A stretch of DNA of 64,000 bases from Flaccisagitta enflata (Eukaryota), in assembly GCA_965153355.1 (NCBI GenBank), contig OZ231126.1:39556001-39620000 (forward strand), in the 5' to 3' direction. The notes under the pieces were generated by a model. It was given only the letters and a program-made list of their open reading frames with translations. It was not told the DNA's origin and did no database searches. A program made the translations under genes and the position numbers. Position 1 is the first letter of the stretch. Every line of letters begins with the position of its first letter. Shown here one piece after another: positions 42,335-57,171 of the stretch.

Positions 42335-42820
42335 TCGTATTTTCTCTTATTAGCGCCCGGGCGCTCTTATTTGAAGAAACCTGATATTGAATGTAGTGTA
42401 GTATCTTCCTGAAGAGAATCTTTCTGCATACTCTCATGTATATCTCTGGTTATATTTGACTGATTTTGAAAAAAATTACTGACAAAACCAAAGCCTTCGA
42501 ATTTGCAAACTATCGGCTATCCAAACTGCATCTCTCTAACTCACCACGTTCAAAAGTTATTCAATTTTAAATGAAATATTTCAATAGTACATCATGAAGC
42601 TCTAGAAATCATTTCCCAGATAAATGGTGGCCATGATTCAGTAGATCGATTCTCACACTTGATACTGATTGATTTACAATCAACTAGTATTCCTTAATTA
42701 GTCACCAAATGATCTTTTTTTCAACGTGAAAAGATTTTTTTGTGAAGATATTATTCTTTGATTATTTTTTTAAAAAGAGTTTTGCCAGAAAAAAAGAGAT
42801 TAGGGGCGCTAATTAGAGGG
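42335..42820. mobile_element. Tc/pogo-like MITE remnant; related terminus at ~852-880
   Basis: CGTATTTTCTCTTATTAGCGCCC versus GGGCGCTAATTAGAGG; 852-874 reads ACCGTATATCCTCTAATTAGCGC. Confidence 0.45.
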
Positions 42821-43381
42821 GGGAGGTGACAAAAAAAAACACGTTTCCCCATCAGCGTAAATTGTTATGGAGCGTTTTTACTAACAGAAGGAAATAATGA
42901 TGTATTGAGTTGAACATTGAAACTTTTTTTTTCCTAAATTATCTGTAATAAATCAAAACGAAAGTTACTGATACTTTGTTATATTTTTTGGATGCCCAGC
43001 CAAAAAATTTAGATAACTGCCGTTTTTTATTTTCAGCCAAATCATGGCGCCGGAAATTTGAACCAATGGAAAAACCATAACTCATTAGTCGTGACACATG
43101 AACTATGACCCAACACATTCATATATAATGCATGAATACATATGTTATATTCATTCTTTAAGTTTGTGATGTTTCCCTAATAAAAATCAAGGGTTCTAAT
43201 CCATATTCTAGATGTGACCAGTGCAATAATTTATCCTATTTATAACTCATACAATTATCCAATTAATCAATGTCATCTAGATGAGAACTATGGACTATTC
43301 ATTTTTTCAGTTATCTTCATCAGAGCTTTTCAAGGGACAATTTACCTTTCTCTCTCCCTTTCTTTCTATCTTTCTTCCTTC

Positions 43382-43451
<70 letters not shown>

Positions 43452-44145
43452 CTCTTTCTTTCTTTCTTTGTCGTTTTTTTATTCAATTTCAGTTACAACA
43501 TTCAGTTTACAAGAAAAAAAACAATTTATTCAAAATTTGTGGACTTTGTATCTTGACTGCGGCCGAATCCCAATTCCAGACCTACATACTCCGCCGCGTA
43601 CATTTCCTTCTTATAATGTACCCATTCTTATATTCTTCGCCAATCATTTGATGAAGTTGTGTCCGGTGGTTTCCATGGCATTCTACTCCTTGATCTCTTT
43701 TGTAAACAAAGTTCCCCCATAAGTTATTAAGAAAACTATGAATAGAAAAGTCCGCTGAAAAAAAGGAAGAAAAAGAGCGCGAAAAAAGCTTACCGTAAGA
43801 ACCGTCATAAATGATTTTCCATCTATTCTTCCGTCTGAAAATTAAAAAAACGCTTGACCGAAACATTTCTGGAAGTTTAGGGTAATACCCCAAAACTAAG
43901 CTCTTGCAGTGAAGTGATTTCCTGCTCATGATCATTCACCATTCACCAAATTAAAAGCCTTTTACGCAACTTACTGCACTGCCACTCTTGAGCTCCTTCA
44001 TCTAAATATATTTTGATGGCATCATTTTAAAATGAATGATGAGGGGAAAACTGTAAACTGTTCATAGAGACAGAGACAAAAGTGTTAATTAACAGACCAA
44101 TAAATAGACAAACAGAAAAACACACATCTTGACAGACACACAGAC

Positions 44146-44296
<151 letters not shown>

Positions 44297-45734
44297 TACA
44301 GACAGACAGACGTAATAACAGATAGATAAAAGGACAGAGAGAATCATAAATTGAAGATAAAATCTCATTTGAATAAATAAAGATGCTTTTTTCTCACTCT
44401 TCGGCGGTCCGATCACGATCATCTTATATTTGTTGCTTCTATCTTCTTTTTTCTTTCTTTCTTCCGCCCTCTTTAGACTTCCGTTGAATCTTTTCCACTT
44501 CAGCCACGCTTTATATTTTTCTGACCCAGCCCATTTCCAGCCCCAAGGCTCCGGATGGTGCTCCTTGGAGGCCTCGAAAACAGGGGGCCCGAGGCCACGA
44601 GAGAAAGAGATGATCCAAAGAGGCCACGAAGCCATGAAGCCATACGGCCTTGGGGCTACGAGATCAGGAAAAAAGCACTTCACATAGGCCGCAATTGGGG
44701 TCCTATTGTGAAGCGGAGGGATCCCGCGAGCAAGAGGCATAATCAATGCTCATTCAAACACAGACTCTTACTATCTAATATGATAGGCTTCCAAATTGGG
44801 TTTTCGGTGTGAATTTCAGGAGTAATTAAGAACAGAATTTTATCTTTACCACACCCTCCGAGAACAAAAAAAGATAAACTTGGGGGGAAAATCAGTCGAA
44901 AGAAAGGAATAAATTGTAAGAGAAAAGGGCTTGTTTGCATGTAACTCAATCGATAGTTGCCACATAAAATTTGATTAAGCAAAAAAGGTGAGGGAAAATC
45001 CGACATAACTCAAAAGTTGAACCAATGCAATGGTGGTCCAACTCCACGGACGCGACTGCCTTGGTCGCGTGCGTGATTGAGTGAAGCAGAAGTAGCAATA
45101 GCAGTAGCGGTGACAGAGACAGTGGTGGTTAAAGAGGCATAGGTAGTGACAGTGGAAGAGGCAGAGGCAATGGCAGAGGTAGTGACAGTGGAAGAGGCAG
45201 AGACATAGACATTTGAAGAGGCAGAGGCAGAGCCAGAGGCATAGACATTGGATGAGGCAGAGGCAAAGGTAAAGGTAGAGGTAAAGTGGCAGTGCCAGTA
45301 GCAGAGGCAGTGCCAGTGGCAGCGGCAGTGCCAGTGGCAGAGGCAGTAGCAAAAGCTGAGTCAGAGACAGAAGCAGAGGTAGAGGCAGAGGCAGTGACAG
45401 TGGTGCAAAGCTATTGAGGTTTAGACGAAAAATGTCATTTGTAAGATGTCCGTAATCGACAAGGATTCGACGGGCAGATCAAATTACTGCTCAAACGGAC
45501 TGTACAGATTTGCGTCTACATGATCGAAAAACATGAATGAAGGTAAAAATAAGGAGAAACCATGGGAAAAAGAAGAAAAATAAGGAGAGGAGGAGGAAGA
45601 GAAGGACGAGATGAAGTATAAAGAGTAGAAAAGGCATGGTAAATGGTGGAAGGGGAAAAAAGCTAAGATTCGATAGAAATTGGCAGAAAAATCTTTCGTA
45701 CAACATAAACAAAAGATTAATTCATAAAAGATGA

Positions 45735-46085
<351 letters not shown>

Positions 46086-47631
46086 TGACAAACAGGGACT
46101 TACAGAACCAAACACCATCCGTACGCAATAGCACACCAAACCACGCAATCCATACAAAGAATTGAAATTCTAGCATAGTAGATTGCAACAAAGCAATTAA
46201 ACTATGAATCTGTTGGACCTGTTCAGATATTATTGCAATACATCTCGAATGAAGGAGACATTTATAGGACAGTCAAAAGATAATTCCTTTATTCAATTCC
46301 CGCCAGAATATCCATTACACAAATCAAATTGGATCGTTTGTTTCAGCTCAGGTTATTGACCTCCTAATTCTGCTGCTCCTCCTCCTCCTCCACCCTTTCC
46401 TCCTAGTCTGCAATTTTAGTAGGACTCAAACTTTGTGATGATTTTGTGATCCATTTTTCAGTCTTTATCAAGACTAGAGTGTGATAAATTGGAAGAATTA
46501 CTTCAAGTGGTGCTGAATATTCTCAAGGGATCTTTCTCAAGGAACATCATATCTTTATTTCATTCTTACGTCATTGATTTGCACGTTCATTGTTTCATTG
46601 ATTCAATGATTCATTGATTCATTGATTCATTGATTCATTGATTGAGTCATTGATTCATTGATTCAGTGATTCATCGTTTCAATGATTCATCGATTCACTC
46701 ATTTCTTCATTCATTCATGGACTTGAGACATAAACGAAAAGTGAGCGGAGGTGATCTAAGGAATAATTTGATGGTGATTTCATGTTACATCTGCCTAAAC
46801 CGGGTCTCATTTCCCAATTTCCCATCAAAACATTGCCCTGCCATTTTTATTCATACCGTATTCGAACAGGCTTCTCATGAAACTTCCACTGAAATAATAA
46901 GATGGTGCCCGACCAGTTTTATTTTTTTTTATTTACACTGCGAACGAAAAACCTTTTTGCCTTATGACATTGGTAAGAGCCTTTCAATTCAGTTTTGGCG
47001 CTTTAGACTGTCCTTTCTTCGTGTTTCATACATTGGCTAGCTAGTCAAAGAAAAGCATCTAATTAACAATTGTATGCAAATGAGGTTTTTGCTCACGGCC
47101 ACAGCAAACAGACAACTTTTTCGTACAATAACACTTGCTTTTGACCTATTTTGTGGCATCGAGCAAAAATCTCAATAAACCAAACAAATATGAAGGCAAT
47201 TGATAATTCAATTCAGTAGAGATCAAATGAAAGATGAACGATTTAAACAACATATACAGAAATGACGTTTGTTAGTTGCATTTGACAAAATGATGTTTGT
47301 CAGTTGCGCCCAAGGCAAAAAATGAAGAAAATCACGCAAACGCTTTTGAGATCGATATAGAATAAAATCCGAGTTTTGAGAGGGCCAGGATAGAATTGGA
47401 GAAAACTATTAAGTCCATTGTACAAAATGTTGAACATTGGAATGTTTGGAATTGGAGGGTCGCGGTCGTCAGTTTGATTCGAGGCGTTGATGCGTTAATC
47501 TCGCGCGAAAAACTCCTGTACCTGAAGCATGAATTTGTCTTAAACTGATAGTTTGGCAATTGAAGAATTTCTGTGACTGTTCAATTTCTATCTTGAGCAG
47601 TTTGCGATCAACAACGTGTTATCATTGCTTT

Positions 47632-47704
<73 letters not shown>

Positions 47705-47794
47705 CTGTCTGTCAATCGTCTGTTCCAATCTACTGCAATCTATTAAGTCGCCGTTGTCTCATAGTTAAATATTCCGATTTTATCATCCATTTAC

Positions 47795-48712
47795 CGGTTC
47801 TGGAGTCCCGATCTGTTGGTTCAATTCCGCTTCATATGATTTGACGTGGGAGGCGCAAGGGATAGTACCAACTTTACCAAGCTCGGCGTAACTTTTGTCG
47901 GGAATTCTCCTCCGATCCTTCCACGCCGAAGCTGTGATGACCCTCCGCTTCTCTTCGGCATCGAGTTCTGCGTACCTTTCGTCCATCTTCAGCTCTCATG
48001 ACGAGTTGGTCAAAAACGAGTCCACGATTTGCACCCAAAGCATTAACGTTCTCAGCAATATTTTCTTTGAGAGCCGTCTTCGTCAAAGCTTTAGAACTCG
48101 ATCCTAGTTTGCAAAAATTGTTCCGTCCAATGACTTTCTGCTTTTTCTCCGCCTTTTGCTCATTTTCAAGTTCGCCGACTTTTTGCTTCAAATCGGATGT
48201 TTGTTGACGAAATTCTTGAACTTCGCTCTCCAGCGCCATCATGTGGTTTTCTAAGAATTTTATTCTTGCCGTTAAAGAGTTGATGTCGGTTTGTAAATAG
48301 TTGCTTGGATCTTCGCTAGCATTCAATTTTTGTTGCATTACTGCAAGATCTTGCTCGAGATCGCCCACGTGAGTTCTCAACATCCGCTTCTCAACATCGT
48401 CGTCGTTTTTATCGTCAAATTTGATCGACGAGACATCACCGAAGAATTCACCCGGAGAGACATTGAGGTTGAAAATTTTGTCGTATAGTCGTGGACGATT
48501 CTTGCTGTTTCGAAGCTTGTTTCGTAGAGAACAAAACCTTGCTCGCAACGCTTGGGACTCATTCAACATGAGATCGACGGAACTGTTAACGTGAAGGGGA
48601 ATGTGAATTTTTACTGTCTATCTTTCTTTCTTTCTTTCTTCCCGAATTTCTGTCTTTTTGTTTTGTCTTCCTGTCTTACTTTCATTTTCCTTTCTGTCGT
48701 TCTCTCTCCGTG

Positions 48713-48798
<86 letters not shown>

Positions 48799-49417
48799 CT
48801 TCCTCTCTTTCTTGTCATGTCATGATGTCAATATATCTCAATAGCTGTGGCGTGATCTCACTTACACTCTTTTTTTTTTTTAATAAGAACCAGTAGATTT
48901 TTTCTGAGGCTGGGATGTCCTTATATCTTTGCAAATTTTGGGCTGAAATGTCCTTAATATTTTCCTATGATTATGTTTTATGCATTGAAATAATTGATGT
49001 TCAACATAAGTAAATACAAGTTAGATGTGACAATAATCGCTTTATAGTTGTTTATACTAACATATTTTATTATTGAGCAAAAATGAATGTTATCATTTCC
49101 TGTAAACATGAATATTTTTTTTAAGAGGTTGCGTAAAAACAATCCAAATTTTAAATTAATTTTTTTTTTTTAAGTATGAGGCTGAGCTTTGTCCTTAAAA
49201 TGTCCTTAATTTTTGGCAAAATTTCAGCCTCATGTCCTTATAAACTTGGTCCTTACTAAAAAAAAAAGAGTGTATCACTCGTATGCGCTTACATGGCTTC
49301 ATTGGCGCCAATGAGCCCCTTTTCCCACCAGAATCTTCCACTCGCCGATAAACTAAACGCGACATCACGCTTCCTGGTTCGATACCCTTCCCTATGAATC
49401 TTCGGCGTTTCGTTCCA
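47795..49417 (-). pseudogene. Antisense two-exon relic nested in CUB intron B-C (exons 49293-49417 and 47795-48582), frameshifted; possibly transposase-derived
   Basis: Canonical, phase-matched splice sites (GCC AT|GTAAGC ... TTAACAG|T TCC). ~200 codons with a coiled-coil-like stretch, a frame change near 47975, then KDRRRIPDKSYAEL...HVKSYEAELN ending at CCG|GTAAAT. Confidence 0.5.
48865..49272. mobile_element. Tc1/mariner-type MITE in the intron of the nested relic
   Basis: TIR CACTC(T)nAATAAGAACCA / TGGTCCTTACT(A)nGAGTG flanked by TA on both sides. Related fragments at ~56900-56990 and ~57800-57900. Confidence 0.78.
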
Positions 49418-49667
49418 CTAAGGATGAATGAAATGAGAGGGAGAGGTTGTTATTTTTCTGCGCGTGAACACTTTCGTTCGCAGACAGCATTGTGTAAATG
49501 ACATCACCCAGATTTTTTTTTCCTTTCTTTCTCTTTTCATTCTTTCTTTTCTTTTCTTTCTTTCTTTCTTTCTTTGTTCTGTCTTTCTTTGTTCTTTCTT
49601 TCTTTGTTCTTTCTCTCTTTCTTTGTTCTTTTTTCCGTTTTCGTTCTTTTTTCTTGCTGTTACTTTT

Positions 49668-49747
<80 letters not shown>

Positions 49748-49780
49748 TGTTTTCTTTCTTTTGTTCTTTTTCGTTCTTTC

Positions 49781-49851
<71 letters not shown>

Positions 49852-49972
49852 CTCTTACTTTCTTTCTTACTTTCTTTCTTTTTATTTCTTCTTTTCCATT
49901 CTTGTCTTTCGTTTCTTTCTATTCCATTCCTCCGCATCTTTTGCATTCTTTTTAAATATATCTATCTTTGTT

Positions 49973-50023
<51 letters not shown>

Positions 50024-51633
50024 CTCTCTCTCATTCTCTCTCTCTCATTCTCTCTCTCATTCTCTCTCTCATTCTCTCTCTCTCTCACATTCTCATTCTC
50101 TCTCTCACATTCCTGGATGTCTTCGTTTTCGCCGTCAGAGTAAACTTCGATGGCTACATTTTCGTCCCAGCCAATATTAATGGTTAGTCCCCGGTCATCG
50201 GGCCCGTGGCGGCTGTCTGTGGTACGGAAAGCTTCAGAGTATGTTTCCGTTTCATCGACGTATGGGAGCGTAGAGGATGTTTCGTCTAGAGCCGTCGCCG
50301 AACACACGGATATCGTGTCGCTGCAGTTGTCGTCGAGATCATAAAAGCTATTGATTTTAATTCGAAAATTAAGAGGCAATTTTTTGTTCAAAACTAATTT
50401 TTTAAGCATCTTACTAGCCTCTTTGCTGAGGATTGAAGGTCCTACTAATCATCAGCGTATGAAAGTATTAATTTTCTCTAATTCAGCGAAACAGACAACT
50501 AGATGATCAACCGTCCGATATAAAATATTTAGTATAAGCAACTTAAAAATTTTCAGAAATATTCCGTTATGTCTGGATGCTGAAGAAAATTATCGTTTTC
50601 CTTTTGTTTCCTGTCTGTCAGTCATATGAGTCCATTGAAATTTCATATCATTATTGGAGTAAATGAGCAATATTTTTGATGCGCGACCGATCCCTTCACT
50701 GACCGTCCATTTCTCAATGCGTTGCTGTTCTACATTTAGTCAGGTATGCCGCCCGAGCCGAATAGCTTTCCACGTTCACTCTAAGTGAGAATAAAAAAAA
50801 TGATATTCCGAATCTTCACTGATTCGAATGACTTCGTTTAAGCTAAGGACCAAAACACTCAATGCCGAAAATGTAACGGTTTCCTGCAGATGAAATATGA
50901 AATCATCATCCTCATTAACGATCGTTCAAAGGTATTATTTCTGTCATTGACGATTCTTAACTCTGTAGTTGCTCTGAAGTTTCTCAGTGCGTAGTTATTG
51001 AAACTAAACGGGCGATCAAAATTCTTTCTCATTAAGACGGCAAGCCCCCCAGAAAAACAGCAAACGCTTCAGCCTACTTTAAGTTCAATACGGCGTCATA
51101 AATCCCCTCATAAACGTTTTCTCTGGTCTTGTAGTCACTGTCGGCACTTAATACGCTAATGTACACCTCAACATAGCCGCTTAAGGGTGATTCGATAGAC
51201 AATACATATGAAAAAAAGCAGCAAAATAGTGGCTTTTTTGCGAAAAACCGTCGACAATTTTTCCCATAACATTTTCGTGACAATCAATACAATTTTGTTG
51301 CTACCAGAGCTGATTATATTCTCCATCAGGGTTCCTAATAAGATGTCAAAGCGATGCTGGGGCTGGATTTTCATTATTATAATCAGGGGAGAGGTCAAAA
51401 GCTATGTACCTTGGGTGACAAAGATAATTTACATAATGAGGGAAAAATCAGAAAATAGTAGTATTTTGTGTGTAGAAATCATAGAAAACTGTTACCGAAG
51501 CATTGAAGCTTCTTATCAGTGATCATTGATAGTGAGTTATTAAAAAAATTCACTCACAGGCAGTTATACAACCGAGAAAGCTTTCTTACTTAAGGCAAAC
51601 TACTAAGAAAAAAAATTTAAATCTACCTTTTTA

Positions 51634-51788
51634 CTGTGGTCGAAATTATAAGACAGCCAAATGCGGGGATTTTTTGCATTTTCAAAAACATAGTTCTCTT
51701 TGTAATCGAATTTGGAAGAGAACTATGTTTTTTGTTTTTTCATTTTTTTGCTTTCTATGCAAACTTATAATTTCGACCAGCACCCTGT
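51634..51788. mobile_element. Small hairpin MITE remnant
   Basis: Nested inverted repeats TGGTCGAAATTATAAG / CTTATAATTTCGACCA and AAAAACATAGTTCTCTT / AAGAGAACTATGTTTTT; right end CACCCTG is Tc1-like. Confidence 0.6.
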
Positions 51789-52133
51789 CAGCCTACAGAA
51801 AAGAAATTTGTAGAAATTTTTAGTATAACATCTTCAGTAATAGTGGCAAAATCTGAGTTTCTTGCCAAGGGGATGCAAATTTTACTTTCAAATATCATGT
51901 ATGTCTAATCTCAATCACGTTTATTCATTTGTTTTTCTTTTTTAACTCTCACATTTTTCCCATTTTGACCCAAATTGATACCCTAAATTTTGGCTTCATG
52001 GGCACGCTGTCTTAAACGCTTGAAACCTGTCGCAAGTCGACAGACCGTCATATTAATGCAGTCAACCTCCAGCATAGCATTTGACAAAAAAAAAGAAGAA
52101 TAAACTTGCACTTATTGAATATTGAGTTACATG

Positions 52134-52453
52134 ATGGATGTAGGAGAGCTCTGAAATACGCCACGTCCACTTAGCATTTCAAGACCGAGTCAGGATAAAG
52201 CCTGACTTATGTAAAAAGTGAAAACTGTAATAAAAATTGTAATTTTCTTACTTTTTGCCTCATTCTTGAATGATAATATTCTATCTATCTATATCTATAA
52301 AATACGCAGTTGAATTTGTCTTGTTAAGCTATTTTTCAAAAAAAAAATTGATTCTTAAACTTTGAATCATTCATAATTCAAGAACGACTTGCTTTTCAAG
52401 ACCGACTTTTGCACATCCATGGACGTGGAGGACGTGGCGTCCCCTACATCCAT
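52134..52453. mobile_element. MITE remnant
   Basis: ATGGATGTAGG...ACGCCACGTCC versus GGACGTGGCGT...CCTACATCCAT; no clear TSD. Confidence 0.5.
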
Positions 52454-53100
52454 GAGAGACATGTCATAAAAATGACATTCGCCAAAAATGAATTTTGATT
52501 GGCTTACGAGTGAAAAGTGCAATCACTCAAAAATTACCAAAAATGAGACGAAAAATGTTCAAAAACTTGGTTTAACAAATCATCTACGCCCTGCTTTCCC
52601 TTCGTTTCCAACGACCTACCGTCGATTGAGAAGATTAATGAAGCGTTACTTTCCATTTCTTTTTGTCACCGGTATGTCGGTCCGTCAGGTGGTCGATTGG
52701 TCACTGGGAAGATGCATACATTCCCCCCACCACCATCCATCCATATATCGCAAAATCATCACGGACCAATGGACAGATGGACGGACCAACGGACGGACGA
52801 ACTAAGCCTCTTATAGAGTCGCGAGTCAGCGAATAAAAAGGCAATTTTTCTTTACTTTTTCTTTGCTCAGATTGATGTGATTACTGCTTTATAAGTCGCG
52901 TGATTAAGACCTCGCCCCTCAGATGCTTTATAATACCAAATAATCACATTTGATCATCCGTCGATCCGACATTTGATCCGTCGATGACATTTGATCATCC
53001 GTCTTTGCTACTGAAATCGATGGTAACAGTTTCGGTTATTGGAAACGAAACCTGTGGTCTGTATGTCTGTAAAAGTAATTTCGTGACCGTAACCGTTACC

Positions 53101-53540
53101 TTTTTAGATGCGTCTTTATATCTCTATAAGAAGGTCTGTCCGTCTGTTGGTCTGACCGTCGGTCCGATCATTACCCTTTTTCAAAAAATCCATCAATCAC
53201 CAGTTCAATCCCTCCCACGCTACTTCGCATCTTTTCAGCTACGTATCAACCATCGGAATCAGTATTTATCATATTAAATCCTTTGAAATTTTTTGTCATT
53301 ACTTATACAACTCTGGTGACTTGCCAAAAACAGTGTTAGTTCTTTTGTTTTATGCCATTAAAGTATTACATAAAAGAACAAGAACTTCACTTTTTGTTGA
53401 CTGGCATATTCATGTAATGATGTATTTTTTAACCAAGAAAAGCGATGTTGATGATAAGAGCTGTAATATGCAAAAACCGCGGAATTCTTTCTACATAGAG
53501 ATAAGTAAAAGACGCATCGTTACCCGAGCGGGCTTGTTTT
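53101..53540 (+). mobile_element. HINE-like element of a second terminus type (TAGATGCGTC...GACGCATCGTT); fragments at 1-176 and ~12100-12140
   Basis: 5' TTTTAGATGCGTC...TCTCTATAAGA.GGTCTGTCCGTC; 3' GACGCATCGTT...GGCTTGTT. Confidence 0.55.
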
Positions 53541-53719
53541 CTTTAGAGATGCTCGGATTAAAATTCCAGCTGAACGATGGAATGTGAACGGGAATGTTGA
53601 AATTGTATAAGTTGAGGGAGACTCATGTGAAGGGATTACGATTACAGAGTGAAAAGCGCGAGACCAATTTAGAAAATGACAAGTTATAATTTTTGTTGTT
53701 TTCATTCTCCATCAAAGCT

Positions 53720-53754
<35 letters not shown>

Positions 53755-53829
53755 ACTCGTAATTGTAATTGGCGTTAACTCGTCTTCTCGACGGTGACAC
53801 GGGCTCGGATCGCGAGGGACGAGTAGGCT

Positions 53830-53946
53830 CTCTTTCTTTCTTTTCTTTGCTTTCTTTCTTTCTTTCTTTCTCTCTTAAACTTTCTTTCTTTCTGTTCATC
53901 TTTCTTCCTTTCTATCTTTCGTCCTTTTTTTTCTTTCTTTGTTTTT

Positions 53947-54026
<80 letters not shown>

Positions 54027-54197
54027 TATTTCTTTTTTTCTTTTTTTCTTTTCTTTCTTTCTTCCTTTCTCTTCTACGATCTTTCTTTCTTATTATCATT
54101 CTTCATTTTTTATTTTTCTTTTCCTTTTTTTTCTTTTCTTTCTTTCTTTCTTCTTTCTTTCTTTCTTCTTTCTTCTTTTCTTTTCTTCTTTCTTTCT

Positions 54198-54228
<31 letters not shown>

Positions 54229-54288
54229 TTTCTTTCTTTCTTGTTATCTTTCTTCATTTTTATCTTTCTTCCTTTTTTCCCTTTTTTT

Positions 54289-54359
<71 letters not shown>

Positions 54360-54614
54360 CTTCTACTTTCTTTCTTTCTTGTTATCTTTCTTCATTTTTA
54401 TCTTTCTTCCTTTTTTCCTTTTCTTCTTTCTTCTTTCTTTCTTTCTTTCTTTCTTTCTTCTTTCTTTCTTTCTTTCTTTCTTTTTCTTTCTTCTTTCTTT
54501 CTTTCTTCCTTCTTTCCTTCTTCTTTCTTTCTTTCTTTCTTTCTTCTTACTTTCTCTTCTTTCTTTCTTCTTCATTTCTATCTTTCTTCCTTCCTTTTTC
54601 CTTTTTTATCCTTT

Positions 54615-54646
<32 letters not shown>

Positions 54647-54799
54647 TTCTTCTTTCTTTCTTTCTTTCTTTCTTTCTTCTTTCTTTCTTTCTTCATTCTT
54701 TCTTTCTTTCTTTCTTTCTTTCTCTCTTTCTTTCTCCCTTTCTCTTCTACTTACTTTCTTCCTTATTATCTTTCTTCCTTTTTTCTTTCTTTCTTTTTC

Positions 54800-54863
<64 letters not shown>

Positions 54864-54910
54864 ACTTTCTTTCTTCCTTTTTTCTTTCTTTCTTTGTTCC
54901 TTTCTTTCTG
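53830..54910. repeat. ~1.1 kb polypyrimidine (TTTC)n/(TTC)n compound microsatellite
   Basis: Directly visible; generates F/L/S-only ORFs. Confidence 0.95.
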
Positions 54911-55040
54911 TTTCGTTTCAACAAGAACACCTTCTTGACTCTTATTACGATATCGTCAAGCAGACACAAACACACGCCCTTTAGCCCCTTAATGAATGTT
55001 GTGATCTTTGTTCGGGTGTAGTCTTACGCGTGCTCTTTTT

Positions 55041-55412
55041 TTATCGCGAGCACGCGTACTCTACAAGTTGTCGGCGTCGTCCGTCTCGGTCCGTTTTCGT
55101 CCGTGTCTGGGTCCATCCGTCCGTCCGTCGGTCCGTCACACTTTACTTTTTTGTACTATAACGTCAACTCTTAGGTCATTTTAAGTCATTTTAAGTCATT
55201 TATAGTTATTCTAAGTCATTTTGAGTCAGTCTAAGTCATTTTAAGTCATTTTAAGTTATTTTAAGTTATTTTTTGTTTTTTTGTTTTTTAGTCATTTTAA
55301 GTCAATTTTGGTCATTTTAGGTCATTCTAAGTCATTGAAAGTCATTCTAAGTCATTCTAAGTCACTCTTTGTCTGTAAGTCTCGCACGCGACTTATAGGT
55401 GTTGGCCTTGTT
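55041..55412 (+). mobile_element. DINE-1/HINE-like element with (AAGTCATTYT)n
   Basis: 3' end CTCGCACGCGACTTATAGGTGTTGGCCTTGTT is identical to 14729-14760. Confidence 0.78.
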
Positions 55413-56123
55413 TTATCGTCGAGCCAGGTTGCAGTAAACCAGTCCAAGGAATACAAGTTGTAAAAGGCGTCGTCTCTGTCTCATTCCATTTTCTCAACAT
55501 GTATCTGGGTTTTTGCAACATTCTCATTCTGTCCGTCTTATGATGATTGATGAAAGGGTATCCTTTTCAGAGAACTGTCACCGGAATGTGCGTTGTCTAT
55601 CGAACCATTTATCCAACGCCATTTATATAACAAGATATATTGTCCTGTGGAAAAGGACACGCCAGCAATAGTCAGCGTTATCAACACCACGAATCCATGA
55701 TCTATTTATGACCATTCATGAAAGGCCAACTCATAATATCACACCCATAATAACCCATCCCTCGTTCTTTAAGACAAACATTACATATTCGTTTTGACAA
55801 AATATTTCGGAGCCGATATATCCCATTTTTTGTAGAAAGAAATTCAGTTGAAGACGCAGTAGGAAAACTGATAATGAACAAGGCCGGATACACGGCAGCA
55901 GCGTCGCGGACGGTTGGGCAGGGGCAGCTATGCAGAAACGACCCGCTATTCAGAAATGTGACGGACGGACGGACGGACGGACGGACCGACCGAACGACCG
56001 ACACGGCAAGATGTACAGTCGCGTGAGTGGCTAGAGCTCAGAAAAGATGCGATTAGTTTGGGTGTTTCTAAAATCGTAAATCAAAAACCGTCTCTAAAAA
56101 ATATCATTGTAACAGGGATAGAG

Positions 56124-56231
<108 letters not shown>

Positions 56232-57071
56232 CAGAAAGAAATACGTTTGAACTTTATTACTGAAATAATGATGGATCCATTTAACTTACAATATCTCATT
56301 AGCTGATAATATCTCCTTAATCCGTGACATTTTATGGGCCGGAGCAATCTCATTAACAGGCTACACCTCATTAGCCAAATACTTCTCAAAGGCAAAATAT
56401 TTCTCACCGCCAAATAAATGTTATTCACTAAATAAATGTTATTCTGTGTATAATAGGAATAAGCATTGTAAAATGGAATATGATCGATTAATTGCAAGCT
56501 TAGCTGCTTGCCTCACTTGCGATTTTGCGCATGTTTGTCATGTAAATGAATTCATTTCATTTTTCCCGGCTTTGTTTTTTTTTTTCAATTTGATATATTT
56601 CAAAGGAGAAAAATAGTTTTCCTTCGCAATCAGATCATTATCCAATTGCCTGAACACCCAATATGATAATTTGAGGGTCTCTAATTCTTTATATCATTTG
56701 TCACGTAGATTTTTTTTCCCTTTTGTTCTTGTTTCTTCTTTTTGCATCGTGATTGGCTTGATTACTCTTGCCATTTTTACTTCTTTTCTTTTTGGTCTTT
56801 TTACTGATGTGCATGCTACGTCAGTCGGTCCGTCGGTCATTCGGTCGGTCAAACTTTTGGAAAAAATGAATGATTCTCTGCACGATTTTGTTTTTCAATT
56901 GTACCCACTTTTTTTTTACAAGAACATCATTTTTTTTCGAAGGCTTCATGTTCTTAGAGCGTTTTTAATTCAAAATACTTTATAAATTATAGGAAACGTC
57001 TGGAAACCTTAAATATACAATATAGGCGGCTAATCGCCGTAGGAAAAAAGTTGTAACTGCTGAGAAGAAGA

Positions 57072-57171
<100 letters not shown>

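Noticed and set aside
44360-44760. GC-richer region within a 239-aa ORF
   Set aside because: ORF length is inflated by (CT)n; the remainder has no recognisable domain.
53769-55021. Long F/L/S-rich and K/E/R-rich ORFs here and at 37163-38072, 34857-35413, 22035-22655, 49392-50143 and 45484-46191
   Set aside because: Translations of microsatellites that lack stop codons; not genes.
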